A stretch of DNA of 57,758 nt from an uncultured delta proteobacterium (GTDB lineage Bacteria; Desulfobacterota; Syntrophobacteria; Syntrophobacterales; Syntrophobacteraceae). The stretch's first letter is position 1. Each line of letters begins with the position of its first letter. The notes beneath the pieces are model-generated. The model worked only from the letters and a program-made list of their open reading frames with translations. It did not search any database and was not told where the DNA came from. Below, piece after piece: positions 45,088 through 54,762 of this stretch. The stretch is taken from NCBI GenBank assembly GCA_963808625.1, contig CAWEHK010000048.1:1-57758 (forward strand). The letters run 5' to 3'. Both the position numbers and the translations under genes were made by a program.

Positions 45088-45702
45088 TCAGGAAGCCTTG
45101 TGGACAGCACGGGTGACGCCCTCCAAATAGTCGCAGATGTGTCCATCATAGGTGTGAGTAAGACAAAAGGCCTTACCGGCCAGAGCCAGGCTGGTTTCCC
45201 GCGAGATCCTCCCTTCCAGGCGGCGCATCTCCTCGAGGATGGCCGGATAATCATCGGGATCGGTAACCACCGCCACATACAGGTTGTTCTTGGCGGCCGC
45301 ACGAATCAACGTTGGTCCGCCGATATCGATGTTTTCGATGGCTTCGGCCAGGGTGCAGCCGGGACGTTCGATGGTCTTGACAAAAGCATAGAGATTCACC
45401 ACCACCATATCGATGGGTTCGATCCGGTGTGCGGCCATGGTCTTCACATGAGCGTCATTTTCCCGGATGCCGAGGATCCCGCCGTGGATTTTGGGGTGCA
45501 GCGTCTTGACCCGGCCGTCGAGCATTTCCGGAAACCCCGTGTAATCGGATACCTCGGTAATCGCCACTCCATGGTCACGGAGCAATTTGGCGGTACCGCC
45601 CGTGGACAGGATGTGGACGCCAAACCCTTGCAGACCGCTGGCAAAATCAGCCAGCCCGGTCTTGTCCGTGACACTGATCAAGGCACGACGAATCGGAAAC
45701 AT
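45088..45702 (-). CDS. purH: IMP cyclohydrolase (PurH N-terminal domain only)
   Basis: [38 protein letters not shown]; ends at 204 aa. Confidence 0.9.
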   Translation of the reverse strand: MFPIRRALISVTDKTGLADFASGLQGFGVHILSTGGTAKLLRDHGVAITEVSDYTGFPEMLDGRVKTLHPKIHGGILGIRENDAHVKTMAAHRIEPIDMVVVNLYAFVKTIERPGCTLAEAIENIDIGGPTLIRAAAKNNLYVAVVTDPDDYPAILEEMRRLEGRISRETSLALAGKAFCLTHTYDGHICDYLEGVTRAVHKAS

Positions 45703-45714
45703 GGGATACCTCCT

Positions 45715-46473
45715 CTAGCGACCGTCTTGCGGCAGCAAGCGCGAAAAGAGCAACTCCGCTGCCTGGACGATCGGTGTATCATCCGGAAGGGTGATGGTGG
45801 GGTTCCCCTCCAGGTCATATTGGGCCACGAGCGGGTCCGCCGGCAACACGGCGATCCGCTCTTCCTCAAACAACTTCATGACCTCTTCAGGCCATGGCGG
45901 CAGGGCGCCTGCCACCTGGTTGACCAACAAAACCGTTTGCCGCACCTGCATGGGGAGGCTGCGCACCAGTTCGGCAATGCGGCAGGCGGCCGTGAGACCG
46001 CGGCGACTGGGGTCCGACACCAGCAGGAGCAGATCGACATCTTTCTGCGTCAACCGGCTAAAATGCTCCATCCCTGCTTCATTATCCACAACCAAATACG
46101 GGTAATTTTTCATCAGCCGGTCGATGAGCGAGCTGAGCAGGTTGTTCGCGGCGCAATAGCAGCCCGGTCCTTCCGGTCTGCCCATGGCAATGAGGTCAAA
46201 CCCTTTCCCTTCCACGAGGGACTGCTCCATCTTCATTTCCATGAAAATGTCCTTGGTCATCCCGACCGGGACGCTCGTTTTCATCATTTCCCGAGCATCC
46301 GAAAGGGTTTCCTCGAGGGCAACCCCGAGCACTTCATTGAGGTTGGAATTGGCATCGGCATCGATCGCGAGGATGGGTTTCATGCCGCATTTCAGCATAT
46401 GGCGAATGATCAGGCCGGCGATGGTCGTCTTCCCCGTCCCTCCTTTGCCCCCCAAAGCGATGGTATAGCTCAC
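45715..46473 (-). CDS. cooC: CO dehydrogenase/ACS nickel-insertion ATPase (CooC/AcsF)
   Basis: GKGGTGKTT, IDAD, GPGCYC, DNEAGMEH. Confidence 0.9.
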   Translation of the reverse strand: MSYTIALGGKGGTGKTTIAGLIIRHMLKCGMKPILAIDADANSNLNEVLGVALEETLSDAREMMKTSVPVGMTKDIFMEMKMEQSLVEGKGFDLIAMGRPEGPGCYCAANNLLSSLIDRLMKNYPYLVVDNEAGMEHFSRLTQKDVDLLLLVSDPSRRGLTAACRIAELVRSLPMQVRQTVLLVNQVAGALPPWPEEVMKLFEEERIAVLPADPLVAQYDLEGNPTITLPDDTPIVQAAELLFSRLLPQDGR

Positions 46474-46494
46474 AGACTGTCTCCTCTCTGTCTA

Positions 46495-46661
46495 AGAGCG
46501 TGTCAGAAAACGGAACGCAAGTGCCCTTGTCGTGATTTCCGAATGAGCCCCGCATCGTCATTCCCGCCATGCTTTTAGCGGGAATCCAGGCTCTTAAACG
46601 CCTGCACCCCCACCAAAAACAGGTGGGGGTGACGCTAAGAGGGAGTTTTTGGACACGCTCT
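46495..46661. mobile_element. MITE-like element with ~16-bp TIRs enclosing a palindromic REP
   Basis: agagcgtgtcagaaaa ... tttttggacacgctct; similar elements at about 23216-23424, 46924-47090 and 47766-47899. Confidence 0.6.
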
Positions 46662-47103
46662 GGAAAAGTCATCCTATAGCACAACGCATGCTATCAATGA
46701 AGACCCAGAAAACAAAACTCAAGATAATCGTCAAGGAACGGCTCTGCCGACCCTTTCCGATGGGTTCGAGATGATTGCACCAAAAACGCTTGACTCAGGA
46801 TGTGGCGAAGTTGATAAATGGGCGCGGGGGAAGGCTTTTCTTGGCCTGCCTGGACCTCTGCGGGCAACGGGAAAAATGGCGATTTTCGGCAAACTTTATT
46901 TCTCATGGCGAGTCTCTTGGCTTAGAGAATGTTAAAAAAGTCGCTCCGAGCGTCACCCCGGCAGGTTCTTGGCCGGGGGCCAGGGTTTTGAAAGGTCTGG
47001 ATTCCGGCCAGAAGCCTGCCGGAATGACGATCAGGGGTCCACGCGAGAGCTCTTGCAGGCACTCTCATTTTGGGTTTTTGGACACCCTCTTAGAGGTTTC
47101 TCG

Positions 47104-47741
47104 ATGCACTTGAGCATCAAGGAAGCAGCGCGCATTCTCAACGTGAGTGAGAGCAAAGTGCGCGGCTATATTCTTCAGGAAAACTCGTGGTCGAGCGCAA
47201 GGGCAGGCAAATCCTTATCCCCGAGGCGCAACTCAAGGCCCTCGCTGACGCCGGAGAGTTCCTCCGGGAGGAAGCACCGCGCCGAGCCTCGACCCCGCTG
47301 CCGGGGACTCCGGCGAGGAAATCTTGAGGCCATTCTAATCGCCTGGCTTCCCTGGAAGCGCAGGTCACCGAAAAATGGCAATGGATGCAGAAAATCAGCG
47401 CCTCCATGAGGTCGGTCCGCGAACAGGATCGGCAGTTGGCCGAAAGAACCTCGAAATTGAAAAGTTGCAGCGCGATCTGCTCTACCAGAAACGGCTGTGG
47501 TGAAAAGGAGATTGAGGACCACCGTCGGGCCATGGAGGAAAAATTGGTGCTGATGGAGCAGGAAGCGTCGAAGAGGGCGGCCCACGAGCGCGAACTGCTC
47601 GAACAGAGGCTGGCTGAGGAGCGCCGGATCTGGTCCGAGAAACTTGCGCAGGAGCAGGAACGGTTCGCTCAGAGGCTGCTGGCAATGCGCCAGGAGGAAG
47701 GCTTCTGGTCGCGCCTGATGAGGATGATTACCTGGAGCTGA
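47104..47741 (+). CDS. Excisionase/MerR-like HTH plus coiled-coil protein (frameshifted)
   Basis: MHLSIKEAARILNVSESKVRGYI, Glu/Arg-rich coil, C-terminal GFWSRL amphipathic tail. Confidence 0.7.
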
Positions 47742-47918
47742 TGACCTTGCCTTCTGCCCTGTTTAGCAGGGTGTTGAACAATCATCTACCAACGTCACCC
47801 CGGCGAAGGCCGGGGTCCAGAGCGCCTTGCAGCGCCTGGATTCCGGTTTTCACCGGAATGGCGGACAAAGGGCCTTTGCGACACTTCTTCAACGGCCCTT
47901 CAGGCCCATCAGTTTTGC

Positions 47919-48506
47919 ATGGAAAGGGATTGCCTCAAGATGAAAGAACGCCTGAAACAACTGGTACTCGACTATGCCTTTCAATTCTCGGAGACTCCCG
48001 TGTTCAAGCTCGTGCATGGCGGTGTGAGTCAGTTCTATTTCAACTGCAAGCGGGTCACCCTGGACCCCGAGGGCCAGTACCTCATCGGGAATCTCGTGTT
48101 CGCCGCCATCCGCAACTTGAAGGTCAGGGCCATCGGCGGCTTGACCCTCGGGGCCGACCCCATCGCCAACGCCGTGGCCTACACCTCCTGGCTGGGGGGC
48201 GATCCAATACAGGCTTTCGTCGTGCGCAAGAAGCAGAAGGAACACGGCACGGCAAGCCTCATTGAAGGGCGCGTCCAGGCGGGTGATCGGGTGGTGGTGG
48301 TCGATGACGTGATCACCACCGGGGGGTCTACCCTCCAGGCGATCGCCGCCTGCCGCCAGGCCGGCCTCGAGGTGGTCAAGGTGGTGGTTCTGGTGGATCG
48401 GCAGGAGATGCAGGGGAGAGAGAACATCTTAAAGGAAGTCCGCGACGTGGAAGCACTCATCACGACTGAAGAAATCATGCAACTGTATCGCCAGCAGCGC
48501 CCCTGA
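47919..48506 (+). CDS. pyrE: Orotate phosphoribosyltransferase
   Basis: GGLTLGADP, VRKKQKEHG, VVDDVITTGGS, LVDRQE. Confidence 0.95.
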   Translation: MERDCLKMKERLKQLVLDYAFQFSETPVFKLVHGGVSQFYFNCKRVTLDPEGQYLIGNLVFAAIRNLKVRAIGGLTLGADPIANAVAYTSWLGGDPIQAFVVRKKQKEHGTASLIEGRVQAGDRVVVVDDVITTGGSTLQAIAACRQAGLEVVKVVVLVDRQEMQGRENILKEVRDVEALITTEEIMQLYRQQRP

Positions 48507-48697
48507 CTCGCATCAGGCCGGGAACCACATCAAGCCAAATTCTCAGGTCCCCGTTCGGGCAAGGAGATGACTTACGCTGTAGTAACAGCATGGGCGTGGA
48601 ATTCAAGCCCGCGCTTTAAACCTTTAACTGAATCCGCGACCATCGTATCGGAAAGAAATCACCGCTTCCTCATTTGACCCTATTGAACCCATCGTGC

Positions 48698-48721
48698 AGG
48701 GGCGACCGGCCGGTCGCCCCT
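48698..48721. repeat. REP-type perfect palindrome
   Basis: aggggcgaccggccggtcgcccct between convergent genes. Confidence 0.8.
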
Positions 48722-48756
48722 ACCGGTCCAAACCGGTCACTGACTTCTGCCGAGGT

Positions 48757-49203
48757 TTACCAGTCTTCCAGTGAGGCCGCCGGAAGATGGTGGCGATGTT
48801 CCGGAGCAGCCACGTAATTGTGAAGCGCCGTCTGGAGGGTCCCGGCAGCAAGATGAGCACAATGGTGATGGTCTTCGGGCAGATTTTCAATCATGCCCAG
48901 GAGGGTGTCCCCTTCGATCATGGCTGCGTCATCAAGGTTTTTTCCTATGGCCAGCATCAAGGCGAGCGACCCACAGAGTCTGCTGGCGCCGCACCCGTCG
49001 GTAAAGAAAGAGCCGTCTCTGATTTCCTCTCCCTCTATCTGCAAATAGAATTCCATCGTTTCGCCGCAAGGACCGGTGACCCTGGCGGAAGCAGTCGCCT
49101 CGGGCGATCTCCCGAATCTTATCGGTCTGGAATGCGTTGCCGTATCTTTTGACCCATAGGATTTGGCCGTCAGATTGCTGATCAATTTCGCCAACTCGCT
49201 CAT
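48757..49203 (-). CDS. NifU/IscU N-terminal-like Fe-S scaffold protein
   Basis: TGPCGETM, FTDGCG, HHCAHLA. Confidence 0.85.
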   Translation of the reverse strand: MSELAKLISNLTAKSYGSKDTATHSRPIRFGRSPEATASARVTGPCGETMEFYLQIEGEEIRDGSFFTDGCGASRLCGSLALMLAIGKNLDDAAMIEGDTLLGMIENLPEDHHHCAHLAAGTLQTALHNYVAAPEHRHHLPAASLEDW

Positions 49204-49237
49204 ATACCGCTTCCTTTGCTCACTTCATTGAAGCGCG

Positions 49238-49492
49238 TTAGAATGAATTCTTTCCGCAGCAACTGCCCGGTCCCGCGCATCCGGCCTGTGTCGGCGAACT
49301 TCCGCAGCAGGCCGTATCCCGAGACCCGGGAAGTCCTTGCCTGGCGGCTCCGGATAAGGAAGAAGAGGCAGAAAGCAACTTTTTCAGGTTCCCGCTGCCA
49401 CAACCCTTACAGGTGGGTGAATCATGGGACGAGGTGACCAGCACCTCGATCGTTGCTCCGCATTCGACACATAAGAATTCAAAAAGTGGCAC
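49238..49492 (-). CDS. FmdB-family zinc-ribbon protein
   Basis: MPLFEFLCVECG..CKGCGS, Cys-rich tail CCG..C..CCG. Confidence 0.85.
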   Translation of the reverse strand: MPLFEFLCVECGATIEVLVTSSHDSPTCKGCGSGNLKKLLSASSSLSGAARQGLPGSRDTACCGSSPTQAGCAGPGSCCGKNSF

Positions 49493-49542
49493 CACGCGCC
49501 TCCCGACCACACTGATTGGAAAAGGTCAATAAACAGCTCCCC

Positions 49543-49893
49543 CTAAAAGTTGAAGATCTTGGCTTCCGCGGCGATATCGATCAGATGTGGGCCTCCGTCA
49601 AGAGCCATGTTGGAGAAGAAGGTCGACTCGTCAACCTGACGAGCCTTGGCACAGGGAATTCAGACTCCAATGGGGACTTCCTTCTCGACCAGATAAGGCA
49701 GGTAATCATTCGGGCAATCACCGGTGACGGTTTTTGAGCCGAGGTTTCGGGTCTTGTCCGCCCAGGTAACGCCACCGTCAATAAAAAACAAATTCACCTT
49801 GTGACCCTTTACGTGGGCAATCTTGGCAAACTGGAAACACCTGGTTGCAGCCTCGATGTCATCATTGCTTAAGACAAACAGGAAAGCGGCCAT
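49543..49893 (-). CDS. DsrE-family selenoprotein (in-frame UGA at 49660-49662; 116 aa)
   Basis: VNLFFIDGGV; readthrough gives PIGV-U-IPCAKARQVDESTFFSNMALDGGPHLIDIAAEAKIFNF-stop, completing a DsrE-sized protein. Confidence 0.88.
49625..49645 (-). promoter_or_regulatory. Putative bacterial SECIS hairpin
   Basis: GGCUCGUCA-GGU-UGACGAGUC stem-loop; G-leading apical loop 23 nt after the UGA. Confidence 0.75.
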
Positions 49894-49964
49894 TCTCTTC
49901 CTCCATGCATTTGTTCGGACAATCGAATGAACGGAAACAGACAGTCACCAATAAAGAGGCATCC

Positions 49965-50342
49965 TCAATGGGCACACCCGCCGCCGGTATGGCCGGCACA
50001 GGTGAACCGGGCATCAAATTCGGGTAATTTCTGTTTCAGGATAAAGTTGATGTTCTCCCCCACCGTGCCCTCCGTTACGCGGAAGACGCGCACCCCCTGG
50101 GCCTGGAGTTTCATCAGGGCCCCCATGCCGATGCCGCCAACGGCAACCGCATCCACTTCGCGGCCTCCCAGGGCTTTCAACGGTTGGCACATCCCATGAG
50201 CGTGGTGCAGGTCATGGTTGTTGATTTCCTCGACGGTCCGGGTCTCGGTATCGACGATCACAAACCCCGGGGCTGACCCGAAATGCCCATAAACTTGGCT
50301 TTCCAAGCCTTGCAGGTTGGTGGTGGGAAAACAAATTTTCAT
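49965..50342 (-). CDS. NifB/NifX-family (FeMo-cofactor-binding-like) protein
   Basis: MKICFPT..VYGHFGSAPGF, HGMCQP, GGIGMGA, C-terminal CAGH..GCAH. Confidence 0.88.
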   Translation of the reverse strand: MKICFPTTNLQGLESQVYGHFGSAPGFVIVDTETRTVEEINNHDLHHAHGMCQPLKALGGREVDAVAVGGIGMGALMKLQAQGVRVFRVTEGTVGENINFILKQKLPEFDARFTCAGHTGGGCAH

Positions 50343-50492
50343 GTTATTTCTCCATTCTGATGAGACTTGCATAAAAGTCGATCGGACTTGGCCTGAGCGA
50401 GGATCCTGTCCGGGATCCATCTCGCTCCCCTTACAAGGGCAGTCCTGAACGTAACCGACGCAGAGGGATTTCAGGTTGGCTGCCCGGAGGCC

Positions 50493-50963
50493 TCAGTCGG
50501 GCTTGCGGGACGCATTGCGTCGGCATCCCTGTCCAGACCTCCCGACCCCTCGTTCTTCTTCGGTGCGAGCGATGTTATTGCTCTGGCAGACAGGGCATGC
50601 CGCCGGTCTGCCGGTTCCATAACCCACGCTCCACTTGTGTTGGCATTGACGACACCCGAAGGTTCGCTTTTCGGCCATCTCGATTGCACCTCCTTCAATG
50701 CGCAGAGCCAGCCCTTCAACCAGCACCCGGGCGACCTTGCCTCTGGCCTCCTCGATGATGCGGCCGAAGGTCTGGCGTGACACGTTCATCCGTGCTGCCG
50801 CCTGCTCCTGGTAGAGGCCCTCAAGATCAGCCAGGCGGATGGCCTCAAATTCGTCCATGGAAAGAATGATCTCTTCCAACACGACCCGAGGCACCCCCGC
50901 GGGTTTGAAGATCCTGCAGGGTGGTTCCCCACCGATTCTTCGGCAGCATTTCGGTCTCGACAT
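50493..50963 (-). CDS. DUF134 HTH protein with zinc ribbon
   Basis: MSRPKCCR..FKPAG, DEFEAIRLADLEGLYQEQAAARMNVSRQTF, CRQC..CPVC. Confidence 0.92.
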   Translation of the reverse strand: MSRPKCCRRIGGEPPCRIFKPAGVPRVVLEEIILSMDEFEAIRLADLEGLYQEQAAARMNVSRQTFGRIIEEARGKVARVLVEGLALRIEGGAIEMAEKRTFGCRQCQHKWSVGYGTGRPAACPVCQSNNIARTEEERGVGRSGQGCRRNASRKPD

Positions 50964-50986
50964 CTCGTCGACCTCCTTGGCGTCAT

Positions 50987-51016
50987 GATTATAAGCATAT
51001 GCTTATAATCGTCAAG
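50987..51016 (-). promoter_or_regulatory. Sigma70 promoter overlapped by a 24-bp perfect palindromic operator
   Basis: Minus strand TTGACG-16 bp-TATAAT; palindrome gattataagcatatgcttataatc at 50987-51010. Confidence 0.75.
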
Positions 51017-51459
51017 GGCAAAATTTTCGATGATGGTTTGGACCCCCTGCTTTGCAGGATCAGGTAAAGTCCGCAGGGGATCTTTCCCGCATCCCACTAC
51101 CGAGCAGTTTCTCCGGTGGTTGAAGGCGCCACAAAGACGACAGAGATTTTCAGACCCCTGCTGAACCGACTACCGATCAACGACAAACCGAGTTGAAGGA
51201 GTCTCAGGTCGGTTCGTGATTTACGCAAAGCGTCTGAGGAAATACGTCTGAGCCACGTATTGCGGCAGAGGGACTGGCAACATCCTCTGCGGGAGGAGGG
51301 CTTCGTGCTCTTCGACCCTTTGATCCCCTTGAAACTCCTCGAAAAGAAAGCGCAGGTGCCGATAAGGTTTGAGGCTTTCATGTCTTGGCCGCTTCGATGA
51401 TACTAACGCTCCTGGTACATGGTGTTCCCCCGATACTCACAAGGATCGTCTGGTAGGAA

Positions 51460-51663
51460 GCCTCGCTGAAAATGAACGATATCGAATTGTGGATGCTGTT
51501 TGGGAGTCAGTCATCGACGAGGATAAGTTCTACGCTGCCCAGGCTCTTCTGCCGAAGAATAGCGTTTCAAACCATGATGTTGCAACGCCTGTGAAGCACA
51601 ATTACCATTTTGAATGGCGGGTTGCTCTGGTGTGACAAGTGCAGAACGGAAATGGAGGGGTGA
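51460..51663 (+). pseudogene. Large serine recombinase internal fragment
   Basis: AVWESVIDEDKFYAAQALL..HNY, then after a 1-nt shift ILNGGLLWCDKCRTEMEG (end of recombinase domain plus start of zinc ribbon). Confidence 0.6.
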
Positions 51664-51781
51664 TCGCGCACACCGGGCCGTCCTGCCTCCTGAAAGCATA
51701 AAAACAGCCCTGTACGGGCAACCACCCGAAACAGGGCTTCTTACATTATCTGAACCTGAGATACGCTCTCAGGCATCTATC

Positions 51782-51830
51782 TGGCTCCCCGGGACGGACT
51801 CGAACCATCAACCTAGTGGTTAACAGCCAC
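51782..51830 (-). tRNA. 3' fragment of tRNA-Asn(GTT), i.e. the att-site duplication
   Basis: Minus strand GTGGCTGTTAACCACTAGGTTGATGGTTCGAGTCCGTCCCGGGGAGCCA contains the anticodon arm, T-arm and CCA; the 5' acceptor strand and D-arm are absent. Confidence 0.88.
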
Positions 51831-52015
51831 TAAAATATAGCTTTACTGGACTTACCATCAATTCTCTAATACTTCCATAAAACCTTACTTAACAAGCAGT
51901 TACATTTCTATTGACTTACTTCCTCATACCTGCTATTTCATTCTTCAGGTTGGAAATAGGGTTGGAAAAATAACCCGGTGGTTCAATCTCCGAAAAGGTT
52001 GGAAAGGGGTTGAAA

Positions 52016-53162
52016 ATGCCGAAGCGATTTAAGACCGATTATCCGGGGGTTTTTACAGAGAAGTGGATCGGAATTGGCGGCAAGGGCAAGGAGCGGATCT
52101 ATTACGTCCTCTACAAGAAGGATGGGAAAGTCATTGAGGCCAAGGCTGGCAGGCAGTTTGCCGACGATATGACCCCTGCCCGCGCCAACTAAGTACCGCT
52201 CTGCACTGATCGAAGGGCGGGAAACAACGCCACAGGAACAGAGACAAGCTAAGCGAACGGCAAAAGAAGCCGAGAAATCCCGCTGGACCATTTTAAACTC
52301 TGGGATCTGTACCGTGAAACATTTGCCCAAAACAAAGTCATCTGGCATGAGGGCCACAAGTTTGACAACTATCTCCGGACTGAATTTGGCGACAAGGAAC
52401 CCCTGAGCTCCTGGCACTGGATGTAGATCGTTTGAGAATCCGGATTCAAAAAAAAGGGAAGCACACTACCGCAGCACGAGTGTTGGAACTCTTGAGGCGC
52501 ACCATCAACTTCGGCGTGAAGCGGAGCCTTATCCCTCCTCTTCCTTCAAGATCGAAGTTCCCAAGCTAAACAATGAGGTCACAGAGGACCTTTCACGAGC
52601 AGCAGCTCGATGCACTACTGAATGCCATAGATGCAGATCCGGACCAAAAGGCTGCCAATATAATGAGGCTTGCCTTTGCAGCGGGATGCGACGATCGGAG
52701 ATTCTCAGATTGAAATGGGAAGACTTGATTTCGACGCGGTTTCATCCGTCTCGTTGACCCCAAGGGGGGACGCGATCAGTGATTCCTATGAACGACTCCG
52801 TCAGGACCATTTTAGCGGCATTCAACGCGCCAATGATAATCCTTATGTGTTCCCTGGCAGAATCGGGCGCACCTTACCGAGTGCGAACAAGCCTTAATCG
52901 AATCAAGAAGGCAGCCGGACTCCCGAAAGATTTCCGCCCGCTTCATGGCGTTCGACATTCTTACGCTTCCATGCTGGCATCTTCCGGCCAGGTGACCTCT
53001 ACATCCTACAGAAACTCCTGACCCATAAAAGTCCGACTGATGACGCAAGATATGCCCATCTCAGGGATGAGACCTTGAAACGAGCTTCCAACCTGGCCGG
53101 GGACATCATCAGTAAGGCTGTTGCGGTTGTTGGTAGTCAGGATAAACAGGAGTCCGGGTTAA
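52016..53162 (+). CDS. int: Tyrosine recombinase/integrase (frameshifted)
   Basis: GMRRSEI-like box I; HGVRHSYASMLAS..LQKLLTHKS..TQRYAH box II across frames. Confidence 0.9.
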
Positions 53163-53188
53163 GGCTGGTTCGATAAGAAGGGGAACCC

Positions 53189-53398
53189 ATGAACACAAGT
53201 GAAGCCGAGAAGATCGAAGAGCATTTCACGCCAAGTATCGAGACGGCGAAGGTGATGATCAAAGACTACTTCGAGCAGCATCACGGAGAAATCATTGACT
53301 ATGTGGATCTGACGAATGTTTTCGATTTGCCCTTGGCGCTCATTGTCGATGCCTGCGAAGAACTGGAAAAGGAGGGGAGAATTGCCGGAGTCGATTAG
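53189..53398 (+). CDS. Hypothetical protein (possible winged helix)
   Basis: 69-aa ORF with RBS; acidic and helical. Confidence 0.55.
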   Translation: MNTSEAEKIEEHFTPSIETAKVMIKDYFEQHHGEIIDYVDLTNVFDLPLALIVDACEELEKEGRIAGVD

Positions 53399-53675
53399 GA
53401 AACCAGAGCACAAGGTGCACAGGGCTCCTGGCGATGCCATCGAGGGAGACCAGATTCTTGTTGAATGCCGGAAACCGGGCAAGTGGCAGACGGCGCGAGC
53501 GTCGGAACGGCACCACTACTTTACCACCGTAGCCAACAAGAACGCCTATGCCGTTCTCGTGAGACGCTTTACCAATGTGAAGCAGTGATCATTTCCAGGG
53601 ATAGCCAGTGGGCGACAAGCGGGGCATCTCACCCGTTTCCCTGGAATCCTTGAGAACCGATAAGAGGAGTCGGCA

Positions 53676-54388
53676 GTGATGAAGAAAGAGTGGAGGGACC
53701 AGCATAATTACGAGTTCCCCGATGACTATTCCCTTCATCGGTGGGCTTGGGAATTTCTGAGAAGAAACTCTGGCTACATTGCCGATTGGGACTCCGCGCT
53801 TATACCTCTCGTCAAGGAAAGGCCTGGCGTTATCAACCGAATAAAGGGAACGAAGTTTTATATCCATTCGACCGAATGTTTTAATGAATGGGGACTCTCA
53901 CCAGGATACATAAACCCAGACCAGGATTGGCCGAAAGAAATTGCAATACATCAAAAACAGTGGTCTGGAATCTCTTATGGTGACGTAATTATCCCACATC
54001 AACCATTTCTAGATTTTCGTTTACTCAAAAATGATACCAATGGAGTTTTCGGTATGCGACTTACAAAAGACCAGATTGCAGTTGTTTTTGATTTGTCACT
54101 CCCTTTGAAACCTCAGTGGGAGAAGGTGAAACCCGATCTAAAGAAAATCCAGAGAGGTCTTGTGGCGCCGAGGAGGCACATAAACAAGTGGGGTACCTAT
54201 CTTCAGGTGTTTGATGCAAAACTCGCGGGTGCAAGGAACGGCGAGATATCTCAATAGTTTTCCCGGAAATAGAAAACGAGTATCCAGATCACATGGGGTC
54301 GAAATTAGTGGACGATACGTATGCACAAGCCAAGCGAATGATAGAGGGGGGTTATCGTTCCATTTGCCTATATAACCTTCGGGAATAA
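53676..54388 (+). CDS. DUF6499-DUF2285 (FseA-like) transcriptional activator (frameshift near 54250)
   Basis: WAWEFLRRN motif; YLQVFDAKLAGARNGEI, then in a shifted frame VFPE..AKRMIEGGYRSI. Confidence 0.78.
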
Positions 54389-54432
54389 GGTCTTGCTCTT
54401 ATTTCCGATATACCCAATTTACCCCTAAGGTT

Positions 54433-54464
54433 AGCCTCATACCATAACGTATGGGGCTTTTTTT
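54433..54464 (+). terminator. Rho-independent terminator-like hairpin
   Basis: AGCCTCATAC-cataac-GTATGGGGCT followed by a T-run. Confidence 0.65.
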
Positions 54465-54491
54465 GTGTCTTTTACGAAAGGGGTAAAACCG

Positions 54492-54680
54492 ATGAAAGAG
54501 TATCTAACCGAGAAAGAAGTTGCGGAAATGACGGGACTTGCTCTTAGCACTTTGCGCAACGACCGGAGCTTGGGGAGGAAGTTGTTTCCTTACTCAAAAA
54601 TCGGAAAAAGCGTGAGGTACGCCCGGCAAGATGTCGTTGCACGCATGGAGCGCGACAAGATTTCGATGCAGTCACAATGA
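54492..54680 (+). CDS. AlpA/excisionase-family HTH protein
   Basis: YLTEKEVAEMTGLALSTLRNDR..PYSKIGKSVRY. Confidence 0.88.
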   Translation: MKEYLTEKEVAEMTGLALSTLRNDRSLGRKLFPYSKIGKSVRYARQDVVARMERDKISMQSQ

Positions 54681-54762
54681 CGGCGGCGCGCGGCAAAAAT
54701 AGCAACACCAGGCGGGACCCTGGCGTCTGGTGGAACCTGAGCTCTAAAGGTGTCTCATTATT

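Noticed and set aside
43731..46578. Long ORFs 43731-45302 (extended purD) and 44983-46578 (+ strand)
   Set aside because: They are an upstream open-frame extension and an antisense shadow of real genes, typical of GC-rich DNA; the same applies to most overlapping ORFs in the track.
51782..51830. Complete functional tRNA-Asn gene
   Set aside because: The 5' acceptor strand and D-arm are missing.
54240..54265. Programmed ribosomal frameshift as in FseA
   Set aside because: The break lies inside the DUF2285-like HTH rather than between the two domains, and indel errors are pervasive.
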